From an uncultured Ruminococcus sp. (lineage in GTDB: Bacteria; Bacillota; Clostridia; Oscillospirales; Acutalibacteraceae): DNA of 50,367 bases. This document shows, one piece after another, positions 28,656 through 36,786 of the stretch (position 1 is its first letter; every line of letters starts with the position of its first letter). The position numbers were made by a program, and so were the translations under genes. The stretch lies in contig CADAUE010000001.1 of NCBI GenBank assembly GCA_902790985.1, forward strand, positions 1 to 50,367. The letters are read 5' to 3'. Under the pieces are notes generated by a model. That model was given only the letters and a program-made list of their open reading frames with translations. It did no database searches and had not been told where the DNA came from.

Positions 28656-30416
28656 ATGCGCCGTAACGACTATCTGATCAAACGAAAATTCAACAGCTAC
28701 CTCGTCCCGAGCGTACTGATGATCATGGCGATGCAGCTGGGCAATATCGTGGACGGTATCCTTGTATCTGCGTTCATCGACATCGACGGCATGACCGCTA
28801 TCTCTCTGAGCCTGCCCGTGATCTTCTTCATCCAGATCTTCGGCTTCGCGATCGGCGTCGGCGGCGCGGTCATGATCTCGGTACAGCTGGGCAAGCGGCA
28901 GATCGACGATGCAAGCGCCACCTTGTCGGTCAGCTTGATCTCCGTAATGCTGATCTCTCTGATATTCTCGGTATTGACGCCGTTCATCAGCACGCCGCTC
29001 GCGAATGTTCTTGCGACGACAGACGTTCTGCGCGAGCTGCTCACTCCGTACCTGTTCTGGTTCATGCTGCTCACGCCTGTTTTGAACCTATGCCTCCTGC
29101 TCTCGAACGTCATCACCGTAGATAACTGTCCGAGGCTGGGCGCCGCCGCCTTTATCATCGCGAATGTTGTCAACTTGATCCTTGACTATGTTTTTCTGAG
29201 ATTCACCGATATGGGGATGTCGGGCGCGGCGCTGTCGACCATGATCGGCTACGCCTGCGGCAACCTCGTATTGATCCCCTATCTGCTATCGAAGAAGCGT
29301 ATGCTGCGCTTCAGACTGTTCGAAGGGTTCAAGCGATTCAAAGCGCTCGGCGGGATCTTAAAAGCAGGCGCTTCACAAGCCTCCTTCCTCTTGATGATGA
29401 TCCTGCAGTTCTTCATCCTCAACACCTTTATCCAAAACACCTTAGGCGCCGATAATATGGCGATCTATGCCGTGTGCATCAACTCGGTGGACATTATCAA
29501 GCTGTTCATCGAAGGCATCATCGGCGTGATCCAGACCATCGGCGGCATCCTCTACGGTGAAAAGGACTACTACGGTATCAGACGGCTTGTGCGCCGTACG
29601 GTGATCTTCACCGCAATCACCGTTGCGGTTCTGACGGCGGTTTTCATCCTCTTCCCCGATCTGATCCTGATGATGTTCTCGTTCAACAAACCGGAGCTGT
29701 ATGACACGGCGATCCTCTGCGTCAGGCTCTACAGCATATCCTTCATCTTTTTCGCGGCGAACAGAGTCGTGCAGGTCTATTATCAGACGACTCTGCACCC
29801 CTTCCTCTCTACCTTCGATACCGTTTTGCAGGGCTTTGTGTTCCTGCTGCCGCTGTCGCTGCTGTTCATCGGCAACATCGGTATCATCGGTGTGAGCATT
29901 GCCGCCGCTCTGACCGAGGCGCTGTCGTTCTTCACGGTATGCCTATGGCGCGTCATCCGCCAAAAACAGGGCAAGCTGCCGCAAAAGGGCTTTTTGATGA
30001 TCCCAGAAAAAGACAGCGACAGCCTGTATGATATCTCCATCAAAAGCACCGAGGAAGAAGCGGTAGCTGTTTCCGAACAGCTGGTGGAATGTTGTGAGAA
30101 AAATAATATCCCCGGCGAAGTCGGCAGCATCCTAGGCGTGGCAGCCGAGGAGCTGGCGGTCAACATCGCGCGCTACGGCTACCGCAAGTCTGCTCCGAGC
30201 TACATCGACATCAACCTTTCTAAGGCGGATGACAAGCTTCTCCTGCGCATCCGCGACGACGGCGTGCCGTTCAATCCGACAGAGTATAACTCGGAAGAAA
30301 AAGATGAATTCCTGCTCTCGGGCATCGAAATGATCCGCCGTATCTCCGACAACATGAGCTACACACGTGTACTGAACATGAACAATACCGTCATCGAAGT
30401 CGCCTGCACTTCCTGA
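28656..30416 (+). CDS. MATE-family efflux transporter fused to a C-terminal RsbW/SpoIIAB-like HATPase domain
   Basis: MATE motifs (NIVDGILVS, NLILDYVF...GMSGAALST, about 12 TM) followed by EELAVNIARYG, IRDDGVPFNP and YTRVLNMN; start 1 nt after the NRPS stop with GAGGT RBS. Confidence 0.9.
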   Translation: MRRNDYLIKRKFNSYLVPSVLMIMAMQLGNIVDGILVSAFIDIDGMTAISLSLPVIFFIQIFGFAIGVGGAVMISVQLGKRQIDDASATLSVSLISVMLISLIFSVLTPFISTPLANVLATTDVLRELLTPYLFWFMLLTPVLNLCLLLSNVITVDNCPRLGAAAFIIANVVNLILDYVFLRFTDMGMSGAALSTMIGYACGNLVLIPYLLSKKRMLRFRLFEGFKRFKALGGILKAGASQASFLLMMILQFFILNTFIQNTLGADNMAIYAVCINSVDIIKLFIEGIIGVIQTIGGILYGEKDYYGIRRLVRRTVIFTAITVAVLTAVFILFPDLILMMFSFNKPELYDTAILCVRLYSISFIFFAANRVVQVYYQTTLHPFLSTFDTVLQGFVFLLPLSLLFIGNIGIIGVSIAAALTEALSFFTVCLWRVIRQKQGKLPQKGFLMIPEKDSDSLYDISIKSTEEEAVAVSEQLVECCEKNNIPGEVGSILGVAAEELAVNIARYGYRKSAPSYIDINLSKADDKLLLRIRDDGVPFNPTEYNSEEKDEFLLSGIEMIRRISDNMSYTRVLNMNNTVIEVACTS

Positions 30417-30433
30417 TCCACTCGAGGCTTAAT

Positions 30434-32419
30434 ATGAAAAAATCTATCTTCTTCAAGATCACGCTGATGATCCTGCCGATCTTGATCCTGCTCGAGGGTC
30501 TGATCCTCTTCATCACCTATCGTATCACCTACGACAGCACGATACAGTCCAACACCAAGTATATCCAAAACGCGACCAAGATGGCGGTCGAGATCGCTCA
30601 GTTCATTTTCCCGGACTCCGACGAAGACGCAGAAGCGTGCAGCAGCAGCTTTGAATCGCTTTGTGAGAGCTACAACGTTGACTATGTCTTTCTGGTAGAG
30701 GCAGACGTACACGCGATGAGCGAGAAGTATCTTGCCATCGGCTTCGGCAAAGGAGCTAACAAGGACGCGATTGAGACCCGTTACCCCGGCGTTACGGTTT
30801 ACAACATGCTGGACAGCGATGAGATCGCTATCGTCCGCGGAGAAAAAGAAAGCGCTGTACGATCGGAATCGAACCAATTCGGCGATACGATCATCTGCTA
30901 CATGCCCGTCTCCGACTACTATTCAGCGGATGATTTCAAGACCGTCAAGCTCGACAAAACCTATATCGTCGCGGCAGAGATGAACATCTCATCGATCGTC
31001 AACCGCTTCGAGAGCCGTTTTGCCAATCTGGCGATCCAATCCGGTATCGGCACCCTGCTGGTTCTGATCACCATCGCGCTGATCCTCAACTTCAAGATTG
31101 CGAGACCTCTGAGGAGAATCAGCAAAAAGATGAATGAATTCTCAGCCGAAACAATCAATTCATTCGAAGATCTTCCGGTCAAGGGCAACGATGAGTTGGC
31201 GAATATGTCGCGTTCTTTTAACACGATGGCGCACGATATCGACAGCTACATCCATGATATCGGCAAGCTGAATAAAGAAAAGCATATCCGTGACACAGAG
31301 CTGGATATCGCCCGCAACATCCAAGCGGGACTCCTGCAGCCGACTTTCTACAAAAACCAGAATGTCACCATCAACGCGATCATGCGCGCCGCTAAAAATG
31401 TCGGCGGCGACCTGTATGACTACAGAGTCCAATCCGACGGTAAGGTCTATTTCGTCATAGCGGATGTAGCCGGCAAAGGTATCTCGGGCGCACTGTTCAT
31501 GTCCAGAGCGATCACCCTGCTCGAACAGTACGCGTTGCTCGGCTACTCCCCCGCTCAGATGATGACCGCCTACAACGATACCCTTGCGGCGCATAACCCC
31601 AACGGTCTGTTTATCACTACCTTCGCGGCGGTCTATGACCCCGAGACCGGAGAGCTGAAATACACCAACGCGGGTCACAACCACCCCTATGTCCTCTCCA
31701 ATACGCTGATCGAGCTTTCCGACACCAACGGTATGGCAGCGGGCATCTTCAACGGATTCGTTTACAGCGAAGAATCGATCGTCCTTAAAGCAGGCGACGT
31801 CATCTTTATGTACACCGACGGCGTGAATGAATGTGAGAACAAGAACGATGAGTTCTTTGGTACAGAAGAGCTGGAAGAAGAGCTCAAACGGCATATCGGA
31901 ACCGACTGCGATACGATCGTCGAGGACGTTCTCAAACGGCTCGAAGAATTTGCCGACGGCGCGACCCAGAGCGATGATACCACCATCATGACCGTCAAGA
32001 TCGCGGAAAAGCCCATCCGCCAAGAGCTGACTGTTCCGGCAAAGGCGGAATATCTTAACGAGATCAACGAGATGATCATGAACAAAGACGGCCTCAGCGA
32101 GGATATGAAGTTCAACCTCAGCTTGATCGCGGAAGAGATCTTCGTCAACATCTGCTCCTATGCCTACCCGGACAAAGAGGGCTTCGCCACGATCACGCTG
32201 GATGTTTATCCCGACGCGGTGACCATCATCTTTACCGACAACGGCGCTCCTTTCGATCCTACCGAACAGGTGCTGGAGATCGCTGAGTATGACCACGAAC
32301 ACAGCATCGGCGGGCTGGGACGGTTCATGACCTTCAGCATCGCCGACGATTATTCCTACCTCTATCGTGACGGCAAAAATATTCTGCGTATCACAAAATA
32401 TAATTCTGTTGAAGAATAA
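30434..32419 (+). CDS. Membrane sensor: TM, extracytoplasmic domain, TM, HAMP, PP2C/SpoIIE phosphatase, HATPase (anti-sigma kinase-like)
   Basis: HAMP (RPLRRI...NDELANMSRSFNTM); PP2C metal motifs GGDLYD, ADVAGKG, YTDGV and SDDTT; kinase motifs EEIFVNI, DNGAPFDP and GGLG. Confidence 0.92.
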   Translation: MKKSIFFKITLMILPILILLEGLILFITYRITYDSTIQSNTKYIQNATKMAVEIAQFIFPDSDEDAEACSSSFESLCESYNVDYVFLVEADVHAMSEKYLAIGFGKGANKDAIETRYPGVTVYNMLDSDEIAIVRGEKESAVRSESNQFGDTIICYMPVSDYYSADDFKTVKLDKTYIVAAEMNISSIVNRFESRFANLAIQSGIGTLLVLITIALILNFKIARPLRRISKKMNEFSAETINSFEDLPVKGNDELANMSRSFNTMAHDIDSYIHDIGKLNKEKHIRDTELDIARNIQAGLLQPTFYKNQNVTINAIMRAAKNVGGDLYDYRVQSDGKVYFVIADVAGKGISGALFMSRAITLLEQYALLGYSPAQMMTAYNDTLAAHNPNGLFITTFAAVYDPETGELKYTNAGHNHPYVLSNTLIELSDTNGMAAGIFNGFVYSEESIVLKAGDVIFMYTDGVNECENKNDEFFGTEELEEELKRHIGTDCDTIVEDVLKRLEEFADGATQSDDTTIMTVKIAEKPIRQELTVPAKAEYLNEINEMIMNKDGLSEDMKFNLSLIAEEIFVNICSYAYPDKEGFATITLDVYPDAVTIIFTDNGAPFDPTEQVLEIAEYDHEHSIGGLGRFMTFSIADDYSYLYRDGKNILRITKYNSVEE

Positions 32420-32453
32420 TCTATCTTTCTGTTTAGAATAATCCCATAACAAA

Positions 32454-32488
32454 AGCCCTCTGCACCGCTTTTCTCGGTGCAGAGGGCT
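32454..32488. terminator. Terminator hairpin between the convergent NRPS operon and DUF1846 gene
   Basis: 14-bp perfect stem AGCCCTCTGCACCG/CGGTGCAGAGGGCT. Confidence 0.8.
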
Positions 32489-32515
32489 ATGATTTATGTA
32501 TGGTACAGTCAACGA

Positions 32516-33997
32516 TCAGCCGCGATAGAGCTTTTTGGTCTCGTACTTCGGCTCCGTCGTGAGCAGAACGCCGAGCTTCTTCAAGGTACGCGTATCGGTC
32601 TCGGCGAGGATGACGGTCGCGTGCGCTTCACAGCTACGGAGCTTCGGAAGCTGCTGCATCGCAAGTCGGGCGGTCGGATTGGTGACCGCAGAGATCGACA
32701 GCGCGATGAGGATCTCGTCGGTATGGAGTCTGGGATTTACGGAACCAAAGCTCTCGACCTTGAGCTTTTGGATCGGCTCGATAACAGCCGCATCGATCAA
32801 GTCAACGCCTTTCGGGATATCGCCGAGAAACTTGAGCGCGTTCAACAGCATCGCGGAACACGCACCGAGCAGGTCGGAGGTCTTGCCGGTGATGATCGTG
32901 CCGTCGTTCAGCTCGATCGCGGCAGCGGGACCGCCTGTGACGTCTTCTGTTTCGAGCGCGGCGGCGATCACGGGACGATCGTCGGAAGTGAGCTTGTTCT
33001 GCTTCATCAAAAGTCCGATCTTGTAGGCTTCATCAGCTGAGCCGTTGCCCTTGGTCTGGTTGCACAGGGCGGTGTAATAACGGCGGATGATCTCTTGATT
33101 CGCGGCAGCACAGGTCGCCTCGTCATCGATGATACAGTTGCCCGCCATGTTGACGCCCATATCGGTCGGTGACTTGTAGGGCGAGCTGCCGAGGATACTT
33201 TCGAACATCGTATTCAAGACAGGAAAAATCTCGATATCTCTGTTATAGTTGACGGTCGTCACGCCGTAGGCTTCCAGATGGAAGGGGTCGATCATATTGA
33301 CGTCGTTGAGGTCGGCGGTAGCCGCTTCATAGGCGACGTTGACCGGGTGCTTGAGGGGCAGGTTCCAGATCGGGAAGGTCTCGAACTTTGCATAACCTGC
33401 CTTCACACCGCGCTGATTCTCGTGATACAGCTGAGAAAGACAGACCGCCATCTTGCCCGAACCGGGACCGGGAGCGGTGATGACCACCAGACGGCGCGAG
33501 GTCTCGACATAGTCGTTCTTGCCGTAACCGTTCTCGCTGACGATGAGATCGACGTCCGAAGGATAGTTCGGGATGCTGTAATGATGATACGCCTTGATGT
33601 TGTTCTCGGTCAGCTTCTCTTCGAACTTCACTGCAGCGGGCTGATCTGCAAAACGCGTCAGCACAACAGAGCCGACATACAATCCGCGGCTGCGGAACAC
33701 GTCGATCAAGCGCAGAACATCGAGATCGTAAGTGATACCCAGATCGCCGCGCACCTTGTTCTTCTCGATATCATCGGCGTTGATGACGATGACGATCTCC
33801 GCCTCATCCTTGAGCTGCATCAGCATCTGCAGCTTAGAGTCGGGCTTGAAACCGGGCAGCACGCGCGACGCGTGATAGTCGTCAAAGAGCTTTCCGCCGA
33901 ACTCCAGATAGAGCTTATCGCCGAACTGGGCGATACGGTCGCGGATATGCTGGCTCTGCATATCCAGATACTTTTGATTGTCAAAACCGATTTTCAT
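32516..33997 (-). CDS. DUF1846 / UPF0371 family protein
   Basis: MKIGFDNQKY...LYLEFGGKLFDDYHASRVLPGF and APGPGSGKMA signature. Confidence 0.9.
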   Translation of the reverse strand: MKIGFDNQKYLDMQSQHIRDRIAQFGDKLYLEFGGKLFDDYHASRVLPGFKPDSKLQMLMQLKDEAEIVIVINADDIEKNKVRGDLGITYDLDVLRLIDVFRSRGLYVGSVVLTRFADQPAAVKFEEKLTENNIKAYHHYSIPNYPSDVDLIVSENGYGKNDYVETSRRLVVITAPGPGSGKMAVCLSQLYHENQRGVKAGYAKFETFPIWNLPLKHPVNVAYEAATADLNDVNMIDPFHLEAYGVTTVNYNRDIEIFPVLNTMFESILGSSPYKSPTDMGVNMAGNCIIDDEATCAAANQEIIRRYYTALCNQTKGNGSADEAYKIGLLMKQNKLTSDDRPVIAAALETEDVTGGPAAAIELNDGTIITGKTSDLLGACSAMLLNALKFLGDIPKGVDLIDAAVIEPIQKLKVESFGSVNPRLHTDEILIALSISAVTNPTARLAMQQLPKLRSCEAHATVILAETDTRTLKKLGVLLTTEPKYETKKLYRG

Positions 33998-34147
33998 TCT
34001 ACCATTCCTCTCCGATTTTTTCATATTTCCTTCCGCAAAAATACAAAAATACATTATCATTTATACCACAAATCGACAGCAATATAAAACTGTAAAAGAA
34101 AAATGAGCATTTTTCTGCCGGTATTTTTCAAAAATCCCCTTCAAAAG

Positions 34148-34182
34148 AAAAAACGCCGAACCGTATCGTTCAGCGTTTTTTT
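34148..34182 (-). terminator. Terminator of the ABC exporter genes
   Basis: AAAAAACGC...GCGTTTTTT inverted repeat. Confidence 0.7.
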
Positions 34183-34193
34183 GCTACTTAGTA

Positions 34194-34937
34194 TCAATAT
34201 TCTTTGAGTTTTGCCGAGAATACGCCGATCGCAGCGGTCAGCAATACGACGGCGTAGCCGATCACCCACCACAGGTCGGGCATGATGGCGGCATAGTCGC
34301 CCGCGGCGGCGGCTCTCACGGCAGCAACCGCGTGAGAGAACGGCAGACAATCAGCGACCTTCTTGAACGCGCCGCCTACCATAGCGGTATCGAACCAGAT
34401 GTTGGAGAACCACGCGGAGAGGTTGGTCAGCAGAGCGCCGCAGACGCCGCCGACAGCCTTCTCGCTGAGGATGGTGCCGAACAGCAATCCCAGCGCGATG
34501 AACACCAGCGCGATCGGGATATTGACCGCTACGGCTAAGAAGATATTCGCGGAGAATTTCAAGCCGAAGATCATTGCCGCAAGATAGCAGATCACGCTCT
34601 GGATGATCGCCATCGGGATCATCGGCAGGGTATAGCCTAAGATGAAGTCGGACGGCTTCAAAGGGGATGTGAACAGTCTTAAAACAAAGCTGGTCGTTCT
34701 GTCCTTCGCGATCAGCATGGACGAGAACAGGGACAGAAAGCTCAGTCCGAACACGGTGATACCGGGCGTGAGCTTTTCGATCTGGAACAGATCGGGACCA
34801 TAGCCCTCGGGGATACTCTTGTTAATCATCGACAGCAGTACCAGCAGGACGATCGGGAACGCGATACCGAAGATCAGGGTGAGAATATCGCGGAGGATCT
34901 CTTTTGTATTGCGCGAAGCAAAGGTCAACATTCTCAT
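34194..34937 (-). CDS. ABC-2 type exporter permease
   Basis: About 6 TM segments; RLFTSPL and LPFSHAV patterns; overlaps the ATPase gene by 4 nt. Confidence 0.9.
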   Translation of the reverse strand: MRMLTFASRNTKEILRDILTLIFGIAFPIVLLVLLSMINKSIPEGYGPDLFQIEKLTPGITVFGLSFLSLFSSMLIAKDRTTSFVLRLFTSPLKPSDFILGYTLPMIPMAIIQSVICYLAAMIFGLKFSANIFLAVAVNIPIALVFIALGLLFGTILSEKAVGGVCGALLTNLSAWFSNIWFDTAMVGGAFKKVADCLPFSHAVAAVRAAAAGDYAAIMPDLWWVIGYAVVLLTAAIGVFSAKLKEY

Positions 34938-35662
34938 TTTAAGCCCTCCTCTGCCAGTTTGATAAATGCTTCTTCAAAATCGTCACAACCCGCTTTCGCT
35001 TTCAGCTCAGCGGCAGTTCCTTCGGCACACAGTACACCTTTCGCCATGATACCGATGCGGTCGGAAAGGCTCTCAGCCTCTTCAAGGTAATGCGTCGTCA
35101 GGATAATGGTCATCTTACCTTTGAGCTTCTCGATCACGCTCCACAGCTCTCTGCGGGCGAGAACGTCTAAGCCGAGCGTCGGTTCATCAAGAAATAGAAC
35201 CTGCGGCTGAGTAATCAGCGCCATCGCGATGCTCAGCCTGCGCTGCCAGCCGCCGGATAATGTCGCGGCACGACTCTTTTCGATCTCCTGCATGGAGAAT
35301 TCTTCAAGGATCTGATCTGTCTTTTCACGCGCCTGCTTCTTGTCACAGCCGTAGATACGGGCGATGAACTCGAGGTTCTCGCGCACGCTCAGCTTCGCGG
35401 CGACCGCGGTCTCCTGCGGGGACACGTTCATGATCGCCTTGACCTGATCGGCTTCTTTAACGACGCTGTGACCCATCACATAGGCGTCGCCCGAGGTGGG
35501 CTGCGTCAGGCAGGACAGCATTTTGATGGTCGTGGACTTACCCGCGCCGTTCACGCCCAAGAGAGCGTACAGCTCGCCTTGATGAACAGTCAGGTTCAAG
35601 CCCTTGACCGCCGTTTTGTCCTTATACTTTTTGACTAGGTTTTCGGTTCTGATAGCTTCCAT
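34934..35662 (-). CDS. ABC transporter ATP-binding protein
   Basis: Walker A GVNGAGKST, signature LSGG, Walker B FLDEPT, H-loop TTH. Confidence 0.95.
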   Translation of the reverse strand: MEAIRTENLVKKYKDKTAVKGLNLTVHQGELYALLGVNGAGKSTTIKMLSCLTQPTSGDAYVMGHSVVKEADQVKAIMNVSPQETAVAAKLSVRENLEFIARIYGCDKKQAREKTDQILEEFSMQEIEKSRAATLSGGWQRRLSIAMALITQPQVLFLDEPTLGLDVLARRELWSVIEKLKGKMTIILTTHYLEEAESLSDRIGIMAKGVLCAEGTAAELKAKAGCDDFEEAFIKLAEEGLK

Positions 35663-35680
35663 AATTTCCCCCTCATTTCT

Positions 35681-35699
35681 TTTGACAAGTCAAATTATA
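35681..35699 (-). promoter_or_regulatory. -10 box (TATAAT) of the ABC genes abutting a palindromic operator candidate TTTGAC-AA-GTCAAA
   Basis: Perfect 6-bp inverted repeat at 35681-35694 next to ATTATA at 35694-35699. Confidence 0.55.
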
Positions 35700-35802
35700 C
35701 ATGAAAAGAGCTCGGATTTCTACCAACCCGAGTTAACCGTTTTTGTTCAAAATAGTAGCAGCGCCGCTCCGATCGGAACAGCGCTGCCTGTCAGTGTATG
35801 TA

Positions 35803-36204
35803 TTATTTCTTTTTGAACAGATTCCCTAAGGAGATCTTTGCCAGCGCGATACCACCCTTTGCGGTATCTCCCATCACCATCAGCCGATGACCGGGCTTGA
35901 CGTCAAAGACTTCGAGCGCATATGCGGGTAGTTTGATCTCGCCGTCCTTGCCTACCTTGACCATGCCGAAGATGTATTTTCCGTCATCTTCCTTGACAGA
36001 GGAACCATCCAGCGGTACCGATACAAGAGTATCGATGGAAATATCATAGAACTGCGCGATCTCGCGACATTTCATCAGATCGGGCGTACTCTCGCCGCTC
36101 TCCCACTTCGCCACACTCTGCCGCGATACGCCGAAGCGTTCGGCAAAGTCCTCTTGACTGAGGTTATCCTGTTTTCTGAGCCAGCGGATATTCGCGTCCA
36201 GCAT
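35803..36204 (-). CDS. XRE-family HTH regulator with C-terminal AbrB-like domain
   Basis: LSQEDFAERFGVSRQSVAKWESGESTPD HTH; GMVKVGKDGEIKLP...FDVKPG AbrB-like half. Confidence 0.88.
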   Translation of the reverse strand: MLDANIRWLRKQDNLSQEDFAERFGVSRQSVAKWESGESTPDLMKCREIAQFYDISIDTLVSVPLDGSSVKEDDGKYIFGMVKVGKDGEIKLPAYALEVFDVKPGHRLMVMGDTAKGGIALAKISLGNLFKKK

Positions 36205-36231
36205 GAAATCTCTCCTTTTAGCAGTTAGCTG

Positions 36232-36759
36232 TTATACTTGATTGACAGGACCGTAATACACGATACGCTTGTGGAAGCCGATGATCGGGAGCATAACGAA
36301 CGGTACAAACAGCAAACCCCACGCCCAAGCGTTTTTCAGAGCAAATGCACGCGCCATGCGTTGATAAAGCCGAAACTCCAGCACGATCGCCATGATGAGC
36401 ATCACGACCGCGCCGATCAGCATCGACGCTCCGAGAACGATGAAGACGATCCCGCCGACAGTCACGCCGCCGTAACCGCCTCCCGCGGCAAAGACGCCGC
36501 CGAAGGTGAGAAAAATACAACCGAACATCGTCGCGCCGACATATACGCCGAGATAGATAATCACGCGCCAGAATTGCTTTACATCCCAAAGCCTTTCAAA
36601 CAGACAGTAGGTGCTGTAAAAGGGGATCAACCCTTTCCAGCCGGGCATGCCCATCTTCTTGAAGGTAAACCAGCTTCCGACAAGCTGCAGGATGATCGAA
36701 GCGTTCGACAGCATGAAAACGATCAGATAAAAGAATATTACAAAAACGCCGAAAAACAT
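36232..36759 (-). CDS. Membrane protein (DUF5684-like)
   Basis: FKKMGMPGWKGLIPFY motif and several TM segments. Confidence 0.7.
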   Translation of the reverse strand: MFFGVFVIFFYLIVFMLSNASIILQLVGSWFTFKKMGMPGWKGLIPFYSTYCLFERLWDVKQFWRVIIYLGVYVGATMFGCIFLTFGGVFAAGGGYGGVTVGGIVFIVLGASMLIGAVVMLIMAIVLEFRLYQRMARAFALKNAWAWGLLFVPFVMLPIIGFHKRIVYYGPVNQV

Positions 36760-36786
36760 CTTACTTTCTCCTTTCAGAAATGTTTA

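Noticed and set aside
21048-32488. NRPS operon as a recently acquired island
   Set aside because: No flanking integrase, transposase or direct repeats, and its codon and GATC style resembles the host genes.
31160-32512. 450-aa minus-strand ORF and many other long antisense ORFs (24836-25798, 26633-27595, 37912-38937, 43666-44751)
   Set aside because: They lie opposite well-supported genes, have no recognisable motifs, and are expected shadows of biased codon usage.
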